Positions 1-14,087 of a stretch of 64,000 nucleotides of DNA are shown in pieces. The position numbers were made by a program, and so were the translations under genes. Each line of letters begins with the position of its first letter. The first letter of the stretch is position 1. The notes under the pieces were generated by a model that worked only from the letters and a program-made list of their open reading frames with translations, searched no databases and was not told the origin of the DNA. The stretch lies in assembly GCF_006345805.1 (NCBI RefSeq), contig NW_021832529.1, positions 49,449-113,448 on the forward strand. Reading direction: 5' to 3'. This DNA is from Octopus sinensis (lineage: Eukaryota).

Positions 1-858
1 TCATTCGGAGACTGTTTCCGTGGACCGACTGAAGAAAGCATACTTTGAGGCGTCTTCATCTTTTGATGACAACGTTGCCACACCCACCTATGCACCTTTA
101 ACAACACCTTCACCAGCGCCGACACCTTCACCTGCACAAACACATTCACCTGCACAGACACCTTTGCCTTCACCGGCTCCCACAACACCACCTTCGCCGT
201 CAACGGTGCCCCGAGCACACCGTATGTTACAAGATCGGGCAGAACAGTGCATTGGCCAAAGAAACTCTCAAAGACAATTTATATTTGACTTTCTTTCTTT
301 CAAATTTCTTGTTTTTTGTATTATATTGTGTACCAAATCTTCTGGGGGATCGGCAAGCCGTCTGTTTTTCTGCAGCACCACTACAAATTTTCTTGTTTTC
401 GTACTTCCGCACTCGAGGGGTAGCCATGTAGTGATGCTGCTGTGTATGGTTCAGCGCGCATGCGCAGAATGGGACTACTTCCGGGTGGCCACCGGAAGTC
501 TTCCCCATGCACATGTGCGGGAAACTGACCCCTAAAACACCGTCCACTCACTCAGTCTCTCTGGCCCTGGCAGCCCTCGTGAACAGACGCGCATTGGCAG
601 TCTCTGAGAACTATGCAGCGACTTAGCAGCGGACCACATCGAACCACTTCGACCAGCCAACAAGAAGCAGTACAACAGATTCGGCTGTCGGTCCCCCTCA
701 GAAATACGTACACCAGATCTACACCATCACGAGTAATAAAACAACATTTGCTGTCTTTCCCAGATAACCTGACTTCGTCGGTTATATTTAACTAAATTGA
801 ATGTGACGGGATCGGATCGGACACCCCTTCAGTGATACCGATTCCAGATCCTGTTACA
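1..858 (+). mobile_element. 3' end of a Ty3/Gypsy LTR retrotransposon (integrase C-terminal tail, PPT, 3' LTR)
   Basis: Tail peptides ETVSVDRLKKAYF and YVTRSGRTVHWPKKLSKTIYI* (one frameshift between them) match the integrase tail at 2500-2784. Purine tract gaggggtagcca at 415-426 directly precedes LTR start TGTAG at 427. Confidence 0.9.
427..858 (+). repeat. Gypsy LTR (family 1), TGTAG...TTACA
   Basis: Canonical TG...CA ends; colinear with the solo LTR at 37463-37876. Confidence 0.92.
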
Positions 859-2798
859 GCTTCTTTTCCAGAGCTACTTGATATTACCTTTAAAATGGCA
901 AAACCCGTACACTCGACACTCCATTTTATTACAACTACTGGGCCGCCTGTTTTTTCGCGCCTACGGCGTCTTGCACCTGACCGTCTTAAAACGGCTAGGG
1001 CTGAGTTTGAGCATATGCTCCAGCTTGGTCTGATACGCCCATCCCCCAGTCCATGGGCTTCACCCCTTCATTTAGTTCGAAAAGGGGATACAGATTTTCG
1101 TCCGGTGGGAGATTATCGGCGTCTAAATTCCGGACAGATATCCAATTAGGAATCTCAATGACTTTTCAGCAAATCTCCATGGCTGTACCATTTTTTCTAA
1201 GGTTGACCTCATACGTGCTTATCATCAAATACCGGTCAACCCAGACGATGTTCCTAAAACGGCAATTACCACTCCTTTCGGTTGTTTCGAATTTCTATAC
1301 ATGAGTTTTGGTTTGCGGAACGCCTGTAGTACGCTCCAACGTTTTATAGATGAAGTTGTTCGTGGACTTGATTTTGTTTTCGCGTATGTCGATGATATTC
1401 TCATCGAAAGTGATACACATGAAAATCATCTCCAGCACTTGTCTCAGCTTTTTCAGCGTCTTCGCGACTATGGTGTTCGCATTAATCCAGACAAGTGTGT
1501 TTTTGGGCAATCATCTCTTGATTTTCTCGGTCATTATATTGATTCGAGTAGAATCAAACCACTCTCGTCTAAAGTCGATGCAATTCAGCGCATCGCACCA
1601 CCTTCTTCTTTGCGTCAACTTCGCCATTTTTTGGGTATAGTTAATTTCTATCGACGCTTCATAAACCGGTGTGCGGACAAGTTGTTTCCTTTAACGCAGA
1701 TGCTAAAGGGCAATTCTAAAAAGGACGCCCGTCTTACTCTTTCAGCTGAAGCACTGTCTGCCTTTGAGTTAGTTAAAAAGGAACTAGCTTCGGTTCCTGT
1801 TTTAGCACATCCGGCTCCTGATGCTCCACTTACTTTATCTGTGGACGCATCAGATTCTGCAGTTGGCGCTGTCTTGCAGCACACCATAGATGGTGAAACT
1901 AAACCTTTGGCTTTCTTCTCTTGCCAGCTAATTGGATTTCTAGGTATGGTGTACCGTCCAGTTTAACCACAGATCGTGGTCGAGAATTCGAAGCGGTTTT
2001 ATTTCGTGAGTAATCACGAATCCTGGGGATGCATCATATACGCACCACTAGTTACCATCCCGCTTCTAATGGGATGGTGGAGCGTTTCCACAGGCAACTT
2101 AAGGCCGCGTTGCGTGCCTCGCCGAATCCACAGTCGTGGACTGAATTTCTTCCTATCGTCCTGCTTGGATGTCGGACTGCGATTAAAACAGATCTTGGTT
2201 TTTCTTCTGCCGAGCTCTTGTATGGTACCACACTGGCATTGCCTGGTACGATGTTGGTGCCAGACAAGTCACAGTTTCTTAATTTAGAGTCTTATGTTGC
2301 TCGACTATGCAGATATTTTTCTGCCCTTCCTCCAATGGGCCCTCGACACCAAAATCCTCCTTCTAATGTGCCATCAGATCTTGATTCTTGGACGCATGTT
2401 TTTGTTCGTGATGATTCTGTCAAAGGACCTCTTGTTTCACCTTATAAAGGACCTTTTCGTGTGATTTCCCGAACGCCGAAAGTGTTAAAACTTGACATTA
2501 ACGGTCGTTCGGAGACCGTCTCCGTAGACCGTCTAAAAAGGGCATATTTTGAGGTGTCCACATCTTTTGATGACCCCACTTCCACAACCATCGTTGAACC
2601 TTCACATGCACCTTTGAGAACACCACCATTCACACATGCACCTTTGACAACACCACCATTTACACATGCAACTTTATCAACACCAACATCGTCGTCGCAG
2701 CCCGCATCGAACAAACCTTATGTTATGAGGTCAGGCAGAACTGTTCACTGGCCAAAGAAACTTTCAAAGACGATTTATATTTAACATTCTCAATTGAC
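859..2798 (+). mobile_element. Degenerate Ty3/Gypsy pol (RT, partial RNase H, integrase core and tail); frameshifted, internally deleted, 3' end lost
   Basis: RT motifs [39 protein letters not shown]. RNase H start [12 protein letters not shown]...PLAFFS. Integrase WISRYGVP...TDRG.EF, TTSYHPASNGMVERFHRQLK, GPF.V. Frameshift near 1130; in-frame TAA near 2011. Confidence 0.95.
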
Positions 2799-5700
2799 TA
2801 TATTGTAGATTTCTATAAGATACAAAGGGAGGCAGATAAAATCTGCCTTTTATAATAAGAGATCCCTTGGTTCTGGGCGTGCAAGGCTGAACTTTAACGC
2901 TGTAAGATTTTACAATGTTCAACTGCAAACAGAACTGGTCAAAATGGCGTCCTTAGGGAGCGAAGATAATACGCGTCTGCTTCAATGAAAGGCTTTCTGC
3001 TGTCTGCTGACTGCTATGTGTCCCTCTGGACGCTCAGTTGGTCAACGTTTTACGCTCCCTTGCCTCTTTGTTAAGGTTCGCATTCCCCTGCCATTCAACT
3101 AATGCCACGACAGCAAATCTGTTCTTCCGGTCATCGCGCATGCGCGAGAGGGCCCTTCCCTTCCGCCTTCGCGTATGCGCGAGAGAGCGTTGGGCGCACG
3201 CACCGTTGTATTGATCACTACAAATCTATTTACCACGCTCTGTATTTAGACACACACACATTTTCCGTTTTGTTGCTAGGAAACCATTAACTGTTGCAGA
3301 TAGTGTTCTATTTTTATAAGACATCAGTGCTAGTTGCTGGCCTCTTAAGACGCCCGACCGCTATTTTAAATACACTCAAGCCTGCTTGCTGCTTAGATAA
3401 TTTTATCGTCATGTCTGACTATCCTGTGAAAAAAGGACGTGAACCGGGGTACATGAGACACGGTGAGACAATATTATTATTAATAATTATTTGCACATAT
3501 AATTTGCCATTAATAGCCGACCAGAATGTATCGTGGCTCTCCACTCCGATATTCGAAACTTTGAGTACTATAATGACAACCTTTTACTGTTTGTTCTAAA
3601 TTATAATATACTAGCAGTATCGCCCGGCGTTGCTCGGGTTTGTAAGGGAAATAACTATATAAGCATTTTTAGAGAGTTATAGCCAAAAAATAGCAAAAAA
3701 AATGCATTAAAAATGGAAAAAAAATTAAGGTAAATTTTTTTTTAAATCGTTGACACATCGGAGATGTTTTTAGAGAGTTATTTCCCTTATATAATAGCGA
3801 AAAAATGCATTAAAATGGAAAAATATGATGGTAAATTTTTTTTAAATCGTAGACTCATCGTAGACGCGCGCTAATACCCAGTAGGGCTCGATATGACTCA
3901 CGACTATAAGATACCCGGTTTTGGTTACACTGCACCGCAAAATGTGGGAGTAGTTAGGAATCTAAATCGTAGGAGACAGACACACAACCTTTCTTTTATA
4001 TATAATATTTTCGTCCTAAAAGACTTTGTATGGATTGAATGGTTACCTCTATGGAAATATATACACGCACATTATACATACATGTGTGTATAGATGAATA
4101 TATAAATACATTTAAATATCTATTTACACTTTTGGGCGAACTTTCTGTTTCTTAGAGATAACTTTATCCCGTCCGATTCGCTCCAAAATTTACAGGGACA
4201 TGTAGAATGAGGTGATGATGCTCGTGGGCTACCTTAGAAATCCATATCTTAAAACGTGTGGTTGCTAGGGGCCATCTTCCTCACTCACCCTATTTCCTCC
4301 AGTACCCTGTCACTCCTCTTCATTGACAGGCCACTACGGTTATTTAATGTAAAGTCTTCCTCAAATCACTCTCTCGCTATTTACTCCTCTCTTCCAAGAA
4401 CATTTTCACTCACACTTATCTCTTAGCTTCCCATACATTTTACTCATGTATCTATCAGCGTCATAGACAGAAACAAATATTACATCGCCATCGCATTCTA
4501 TTGTCTACCTGTCAACACACACACAGTGAATTACTTTCACTTTATTCGTAGCACACTGTGTGTGTGCGTATGCGTGTGCTGTAGCCCACACTAAGAAAAG
4601 CATTTGACATACACACCACAATGTGTGTTTTCTCTAAATTTTGCTTAATTGGGGTTGACATTTTAAAAACTGGACCTGGCACGACCCGATGCATTCTACT
4701 CTTAAAAATGCTAGGTAAATTGTAATTGAAGAAATCCTATATTGTAGATTTCTATAAGATACAAAGGGAGGCAGATAAAATCTGCCTTTTATAATAAGAG
4801 ATCCCTTGGTTCTGGGCGTGCAAGGCTGAACTTTTACGCTGTAAGATTTTACAATGTTCAACTGCAAACAGAACTGGTCAAAATGGCGTCCTTAGGGAGC
4901 GAAGATAATACGCGTCTGCTTCAATGAAAGGCTTTCTGCTGTCTGCTGACTGCTATGTCCCTCTGGACGCTCAGTTGGTCAACGTTTTACGCTCCCTTGC
5001 CTCTTTGTTAAGGTTCGCCTTCCCCTGCCATTCAACTAATGCCACGACAGCAAATCTGTTCTTCCGGTCATCCCGCATGCGCGAGAGGGCCCTTCCCTCC
5101 GCCTTCGCGTATGCGCGAGAGAGAGCGTTGCGCGCGCGCACCGTTGTATTGATCACTACAAATCTATTTACCACGCTCTGTATTTAGACACACACACATT
5201 TTCCGTTTTGTTGCTAGGAAACCATTAACTGTTGCAGATAGTGTTCTATTTTTATAAGACATCAGTGCTAGTTGCTGGCCTCTTAAGACGCCCGACCGCT
5301 ATTTTAAATACACTCAAGCCTGCTTGCTGCTTAGATAATTTTATCGTCATGTCTGACTATCCTGTGAAAAAAGGACGTGAACCCGGGGTACATGAGACAC
5401 GGTGAGACAATATTATTATTAATAATTATTTGCACATATAATTTGCCATTAATAGCCGACCAGAATGTATCGTGGCTCTCCACTCCGATATTCGAAACTT
5501 TGAGTACTATAATGACAACCTTTTACTGTTTGTTCTAAATTATAATATACTAGCAGTATCGCCCGGCGTTGCTCGGGTTTGTAAGGGAAATAACTATATA
5601 AGCATTTTTAGAGAGTTATAGCCAAAAAATAGCAAAACAATGCATTAAAATGGAAAAAAAATTAAGGTAAATTTTTTTTAAATCGTTGACACATCGTAGA

Positions 5701-8700
5701 TATTTTTAGAGAGTTGTTTCCCTTATATAATAGCGAAAAAATGCATTAAAATGGAAAAATATGATGGTAAATTTTTTTTAAATCGTAGACTCATCGTAGA
5801 CGCGCGCTAATACCCAGTAGGGCTCGATATGACTCACGACTATAAGATACCCGGTTTTGGTTACACTGCACCGCAAAATGTGGGAGTAGTTAGGAATCTA
5901 AATCGTAGGAGACAGACACACAACCTTTCTTTTATATATAAATATTTTCGTCCTAAAAGACTTTGTATGGATTGAATGGTTACCTCTATGGAAATATACA
6001 CGCACATTATACATACATGTGTGTATAGATGAATATATAAATACATTTAAATATCTATATACACTTTTGGCGAACTTTCTGTTTCTTAGAGATAACTTTA
6101 TCCCGTCCGATTCGCTCCAAAATTTACAGGGACATGTAGAATGAGGTGACGATGCTCGTGGGCTACCTTAGAAATCCCTATCTTAAAAGGTGTGGTTGCT
6201 AGGGGCCATCTTCCTCACTCACCCTATTTCCTCCAGTACCCTGTCACTCCTCTTCATTTGACAGGCCACTACGGTTATTTAATGTAAAGTCTTCCTCAAA
6301 TCACTCTCTCGCTATTTACTCCTCTCTTCCAAGAACATTTTCACTCACACTTATCTCTTAGCTTCCCATACATTTTACTCATGTATCTATCAGCGTCATA
6401 GACAGAAACAAATATTACATCGCCATCGCATTCTATTGTCTACCTGTCAACACACACACAGTGAATTACTTTCACTTTATTCGTAGCACACTGTGTGTGT
6501 GCGTATGCGTGTGCTGTAGCCCACACTAAGAAAAGCATTTGACATACACACCACAATGTGAGTTTTCTCTAAATTTTGCTTAATTGGGGTTGACATTTTA
6601 AAAACTGGACCTGGCACGACCCGATGCATTCTACTCTTAAAAATGCTAGGTAAATTGCAATTGAAGAAATCCTATATTGTAGATTTCTATAAGATACAAA
6701 GGGAGGCAGATAAAATCTGCCTTATAATAAGAGATCCCTTGGTTCTGGGCGTGCAAGGCTGAATTTTAACGCTGTAAGATTTTACAATGTTCAACTGCAA
6801 ACAGAACTGGTCAAAATGGCGTCCTTAGGGAGCGAAGATAATACGCGTCTGCTTCAATGAAAGGCTTTCTGCTGTCTGCTGACTGCTATGTGTCCCTCTG
6901 GACGCTCAGTTGGTCAACGTTTTACGCTCCCTTGCCTCTTTGTTAAGGTTCGCCTTCCCCTGCCATTCAACTAATGCCACGACAGCAAATCTGTTCTTCC
7001 GGTCATCGCGCATGCGCGAGAGGGCCCTTCCCTTCCGCCTTCGCGTATGCGCGAGAGAGCGTTGCGCGCGCGCACCGTTGTATTGATCACTACAAATCTA
7101 TTTACCACGCTCTGTATTTAGACACACACACATTTTCCGTTTTGTTGCTAGGAAACCATTAACTGTTGCAGATAGTGTTCTATTTTTATAAGACATCAGT
7201 GCTAGTTGCTGGCCTCTTAAGACGCCCGACCGCTATTTTAAATACACTCAAGCCTGCTTGCTGCTTAGATAATTTTATCTTCATGTCTGACTATCCTGTG
7301 AAAAAAGGACGTGAACCCGGGGTACATGAGACATGGTGAGACAATATTATTATAAATTATTTGCACATATAATTTGCCATTAATAGCCGACGAGAATGTA
7401 TCGTGGCTCTCCACTCCGATATTCCAAACTTTGAGTACTATAATGACAACCTTTTACTGTTTGTTCTAAATTATAATATACTAGCAGTATCGCCCGGCGT
7501 TGCTCGGGTTTGTAAGGGAAATAACTATATAAGCATTTTTAGAGAGTTATAGCCAAAAAATAGCAAAACAATGCATTAAAAATGGAAAAAAAATTAAGGT
7601 AAATTTTTTTTTAAATCGTTGACACATCGTAGATATTTTTAGAGAGTTGTTTCCCTTATATAATGGCGAAAAAATGCATTAAAATGGAAAAATATGATGG
7701 TAAATTTTTTTTAATCGTAGACTCATCGTAGACGCGCGCTAATACCCAGTAGGGCTCGATATGACTCACGACTATAAGATACCCGGTTTTGGTTACACTG
7801 CACCGCAAAATGTGGGAGTAGTTAGGAATCTAAATCGTAGGAGACAGACACACAACCTTTCTTTTATATATAAATATTTTCGTCCTAAAAGACTTTGTAT
7901 GGATTGAATGGTTACCTCTATGGAAATATATACACGCACATTATACATACATGTGTGTATAGATGAATATATAAATACATTTTAAATCTATATACACTTT
8001 TGGGCGAACTTTCTGTTTCTTAGAGATAACTTTATCCCGTCCGATTCGCTCCAAAATTTACAGGGACATGTAGAATGAGGTGACGATGCTCGTGGGCTAC
8101 CTTAGAAATCCCTATCTTAAAAGGTGTGGTTGCTAGGGGCCATCTTCCTCACTCACCCTATTTCCTCCAGTACCCTGTCACTCCTCTTCATTTGACAGGC
8201 CACTACGGTTATTTAATGTAAAGTCTTCCTCAAATCACTCTCTCGCTATTTACTCCTCTCTTCCAAGAACATTTTCACTCACACTTATCTCTTAGCTTCC
8301 CATACATTTTACTCATGTATCTATCAGCGTCATAGACAGAAACAAATATTACATCGCCATCGCATTCTATTGTCTACCTGTCAACACACACACAGTGAAT
8401 TACTTTCACTTTATTCGTAGCACACTGTGTGTGTGCGTATGCGTGTGCTGTAGCCCACACTAAGAAAAGCATTTGACATACACACCACAATGTGAGTTTT
8501 CTCTAAATTTTGCTTAATTGGGGTTGAAATTTTAAAAAGTGGACCTGGTAAGACCCGATGCATTCTACTCTTAAAAATGCTAGGTAAATTGTAATTGAAG
8601 AAATCCTATATTGTAGATTTCTATAAGATACAAAGGGAGGCAGATAAAATCTGCCTTTTATAATAAGAGATCCCTTGGTTCTGGGCGTGCAAGGCTGAAC

Positions 8701-11700
8701 TTTAACGCTGTAAGATTTTACAATGTTCAACTGCAAACAGAACTGGTCAAAATGGCGTCCTTAGGGAGCGAAGATAATACGCGTCTGCTTCAATGAAAGG
8801 CTTTCTGCTGTCTGCTGACTGCTATGTGTCCCTCTGGACGCTCAGTTGGTCAACGTTTTACGCTCCCTTGCCTCCTTGTTAAGGTTCGCATTCCCCTGTC
8901 ATTCAAGTAATGCCACGACAGCAAATCTGTTCTTCCGGTCATCGCGCATGCGCGAGAGTGCCCTTCCCTTCCGCCTTCGCGTATGCGAGAGAGAGCGTTG
9001 CGCGCGCGCACCGTTGTATTGATCACTACAAATCTATTTACCACGCTCTGTATTTAGACACACACACATTTTCCGTTTTGTTGCTAGGAAACCATTAACT
9101 GTTGCAGATAGTGTTCTATTTTTATAAGACATCAGTGCTAGTTGCTGGCCTCTTAAGACGCCCGACCGCTATTTTAAATACACTCAAGCCTGCTTGCTGC
9201 TTAGATAATTTTATCGTCATGTCTGACTATCCTGTGAAAAAAGGACGTGAACCGGGGTACATGAGACACGGTGAGACAATATTATTATTAATAATTATTT
9301 GCACATATAATTTGCCATTAATAGCCGACGAGAATGAATCGTGCTCTCCACTCCGATATTCGAAACTTTGAGTACTATAATGACAACCTTTTACTGTTTG
9401 TTCTAAATTATAATATACTAAGCAGTATCGCCCGGCGTTGCTCGGGTTTGTAAGGGAAATAACTATATAAGCATTTTCAGAGAGTTATAGCCAAAAAATA
9501 GCAAAACAATGCATTAAAAATGGAAAAAAAATTAAGGTAAATTTTTTTTTAAATCGTTGACACACGATAGATATTTTTAGAGAGTTACTTCCCTTATATA
9601 ATAGCGAAAAAATGCATTAAAATGGAAAAATATGATGGTAAATTTGTTTTAGATCGTAGACTCATCGTAGACACGCGCTAAAACACAGTAGGGCTCGATA
9701 TGACTCACGACTATAAGATACCCCGTTTTGGTTACACTGCACCGCAAAATGTGGGAGTAGTTAGGAATCTAAATCGTAGGAGACAGACACACAAGCTTTC
9801 TTTTATATAAAAATTTTCGTCCTAAAAGACTTTGTATGGATTGAATGGTTACCTCTATGGAAATATATACACGCACATTATACATACATGTGTGTATAGA
9901 TGAATATATAATACATTTAAATATCTATATACACTTTTGGGCGAACTTTCTGTTTCTTAGAGATAACTTTATCCCGTCCGATTCGCTCCAAAATTTACAG
10001 GGACATGTAGAATGAGGTGACGATGCTCGTGGGCTACCTTAGAAATCCCTATCTTAAAAGGTGTGGTTGCTAGGGGCCATCTTCCTCACTCATCCTATTT
10101 CCTCCAGTACCCTGTCACTCTCTTCATTTGACAGGCCACTACGGTTATTTAATGTAAAGTCTCCTCAAATCACTCTCTCGCTATTTACTCTCTTCCAAGA
10201 ACATTTTAACTCACACTTATCTCTTAGCTTCCCATAGATTTTACTCATGTATCTATCAGCGTCATAGACAGACAAATATTACATCGCCATCGCATTCTAT
10301 TGTCTACCTGTCAACACACATACAGTGAATTACTTTCACTTTATTCGTAGCACACTGTGTGTGTGCGTATGCGTGTGCTGTAGCCCACACTAAAAGCATT
10401 TGACATACACACCACAATGTGAGTTTTCTCTAAATTTTGCTTAATTGGGGTTGACATTTTAAAAACTGGACTGGCACGACCCGATGCATTCTATTCTTAA
10501 AAATGCTGGGTAAATTGTAATTGAAGAAATCCTATATTGTAGATTTCTATAAGATACAAAGGGAGCAGATAAAATCTGCCTTTTATAATAAGAGATCCCT
10601 TGGTTCTGGCGTGCAAGGCTGAACTTTAACGCTGTAAGATTTTACAATGTTCAACTGCAAACAGAACTGGTCAAAATGGCGTCCTTAGGGAGCGAAGATA
10701 ATACGCGTCTGCTTCAATGAAAGGCTTTCTGCTGTCTGCTGACTGCTATGTGTCCCTCTGGACGCTCAGTTGGTCAACGTTTTACGCTCCCTTGCCTCTT
10801 TGTTAAGGTTCGCCTTCCCCTGCCATTCAACTAATGCCACGACAGCAAATCTGTTCTTCCGGTCATCGCGCATGCGCGAGAGGGCCCTTCCCTTCCGCCT
10901 TCGCGTATGCGCGAGAGAGCGTTGCGCGCGCGCACCGTTGTATTGATCACTACAAATCTATTTACCACGCTCTGTATTTAGACACACACACACATTTTCC
11001 GTTTTGTTGCTAGGAAACCATTAACTGTTGCAGATAGTGTTCTATTTTTATAAGACATCAGTGCTAGTTGCTGGCTCTCTAATAAGACGCCCGACCGCTA
11101 TTTTAAATACACTCAAGCCTGCTTGCTGCTTAGATAATTTTATCTTCATGTCTGATTATCCTGAAAAAAGGACGTGAACCCGGGGTACATGAGACACGGT
11201 GAGACAATATTATTATTAATAATTATTTGCACATAAATTTGCCATTAATAGCCGACCAGAATGTATCGTGGCTCTCCACTCCGATATTCGAAACTTTGAG
11301 TACTATAATGACAACCTTTTACTGTTTGTTCTAAATTATAATATACTAGCAGTATCGCCCGGCGTTGCTCGGGTTTGTAAGGGAAATAACTATATAAGCA
11401 TTTTTAGAGAGTTATAGCCAAAAAATAGCAAAACAATGCATTAAAAATGGAAAAAAAATTAAGGTAAATTTTTTTTTAAATCGTTGACACATCGTAGATA
11501 TTTTTAGAGAGTTGTTTCCCTTATATAATAGGGAAAAAATGCATTAAAATGGAAAAATATGATGGTAAATTTTTTTTAAATCGTAGACTCATCGTAGACG
11601 CGCGCTAATACCCAGTAGGGCTCGATATGACTCACGACTATAAGATACCCGGTTTTGGTTACACTGCACCGCAAAATGTGGGAGTAGTTAGGAATCTAAA

Positions 11701-13285
11701 TCGTAGGAGACAGACACACAACCTTTCTTTTATATATAAATATTTTCGTCCTAAAAGACTTTGTATGGATTGAATGGTTACCTCTATGGAAATATATACA
11801 CGCACATTATACATACATGTGTGTATAGATGAATATATAAATACATTTAAATATCTATATACACTTTTGGGCGAACTTTCTGTTTCTTAGAGATAACTTT
11901 ATCCCGTCCGATTCGCTCCAAAATTTACAGGGACATGTAGAATGAGGTGATGATGCTCGTGGGCTACCTTAGAAATCCCTATCTTAAAAGGTGTGGTTGC
12001 TAGGGGCCATCTTCCTCACTCACCCTATTTCCTCCAGTACCCTGTCACTCCTCTTCATTTGACAGGCCACTACGTTTATTTAATGTAAAGTCTTCCTCAA
12101 ATAACTCTCTCGCTATTTACTCCTATCTTCCAAGAACATTTTCACTCACACTTATCTCTTAGCTTCCCATACATTTTACTCATGTATCTATCAGCGTCAT
12201 AGACAGAAACAAATATTACATCGCCATCGCATTCTATTGTCTACCTGTCAACACACATACAGTGAATTACTTTCACTTTATTCGTAGCACACTGTGTGTG
12301 TGCGTATGCGTGTGCTGTAGCCCACACTAAGAAAAGCATTTGACATACACACCACAATGTGAGTTTTCTCTAAATTTTGCTTAATTGGGGTTGAAATTTT
12401 AAAAACTGGACCTGGCACGACCCGATGCATTCTACTCTTAAAAATGCTAGGTAAATTGTAATTGAAGAAATCCTATATTGTAGATTTCTATAAGATACAA
12501 AGGGAGGCAGATAAAATCTGCCTTTTATAATAAGAGATCCCTTGGTTCTGGGCGTGCAAGGCTGAACTTTAACGCTGTAAGATTTTACAATGTTCAACTG
12601 CAAACAGAACTGGTCAAAATGGCGTCCTTAGGGAGCGAAAATAATACGCGTCTGCTTCAATGAAAGGCTTTCTGCTGTCTGCTGACTGCTATGTGTCCCT
12701 CTGGACGCTCAGTTGGTCAACGTTTTACGCTCCTTTGCCTCTTTGTTAAGGTTCGCCTTCCCCTGCCATTCAACTAATGCCACGACAGCAAATCTGTTCT
12801 TCCGGTCATCGCGCATGCGCGAGAGGGTCTTCCCTTCCGCCTTCGCGTATGCGCGAGAGAGCGTTGCGCGCTCGCACCGTTGTATTGATCACTACAAATC
12901 TATTTACCACGCTCTGTATTTAGACACACACACATTTTCCGTTTTGTTGCTAGGAAACCATTAACTGTTGCAGATAGTGTTCTATTTTTATAAGACATCA
13001 GTGCTAGTTGCTGGCCTCTTAAGACGCCCGACCGCTATTTTAAATACACTCAAGCCTGCTTGCTGCTTAGATAATTTTATCGTCATGTCTGACTATCCTG
13101 TGAAAAAAGGACGTGAACCCGGGGTACATGAGACACGGTGAGACAATATTATTATTAATAATTATTTGCACATATAATTTGCCATTAATAGCCGACGAGA
13201 ATGTATCGTGGCTCTCCACTCCGATATTCGAAACTTTGAGTACTATAATGACAACCTTTTACTGTTTGTTCTAAATTATAATATA

Positions 13286-13681
13286 CTAGCAGTATCGCCC
13301 GGCGTTGCTCGGGTTTGTAAGGGAAATAACTATATAAGCATTTTTAGAGAGTTATAGCCAAAAAATAGCAAAACAATGCATTAAAAATGGAAAAAAAATT
13401 AAGGTAAATTTTTTTTAAATCGTTGACACATCGTAGATATTTTTAGAGAGTTACTTCCCTTATATAATAGCGAAAAAATGCATTAAAATGGAAAAATATG
13501 ATGGTAAATTTTTTTTAAATCGTAGACTCATCGTAGACGCGCGCTAATATCCAGAAGGGCTCGATATGACTCATGACTATAAGATACCCGGTTTTGGTTA
13601 CACTGCACCGCAAAATGTGGGAGTAGTTAGGAATCTAAATCGTAGGAGACAGACACACAACTTCAGTTTTATATATAAAGA
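13286..13681 (-). mobile_element. Short non-autonomous Helitron with both termini intact
   Basis: Minus strand reads A|TCTTTATATATAAAA... at 13681 and hairpin plus CTAG|T at 13286, matching the Helitron A|T insertion rule. Confidence 0.75.
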
Positions 13682-14087
13682 TATAAGCCACGTAGTTGTA
13701 TACACATACTTTGTTATATACACATTCTTAAAAGAAAATGTTATTTTGAACACAACATTTATAAAGAATAAAATATTTTTTGGTTTTCCTAAACCCTTTC
13801 GTTACTATATTTCTGACCAAATTCACCCCTTATGTGTTTCAATTATTTTCTAACGTAATCATAAATTTAGTCTGGTTTCATTAAACAACAATAACTTTTT
13901 TATTTATCAATATATTAATCTGGTTTTTGGAAGATAATCTAATGAAATGTTCTCAACCAATTCTATACTATAATTTTTGTCACAAAGTGACTCTAATTGC
14001 AGGTAGATACAGGTAAATTCAACAATATATAAAATTATTAAAATTTTGTTCAAACATCGCTATAGAAAATGGGTTATTAGCTAATAT

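Noticed and set aside
10080-10620. Biologically diverged array unit
   Set aside because: Differences are mostly single-base deletions in short runs, typical of under-polished long-read consensus; treat unit divergence and copy number with caution.
2940-13860. Recurrent short ORFs in the array (MPRQQICSSG..., MQLNIVKSY..., MTHDYKIPG...)
   Set aside because: Repeat only because the unit repeats; broken by indels in several units and no recognisable domain.
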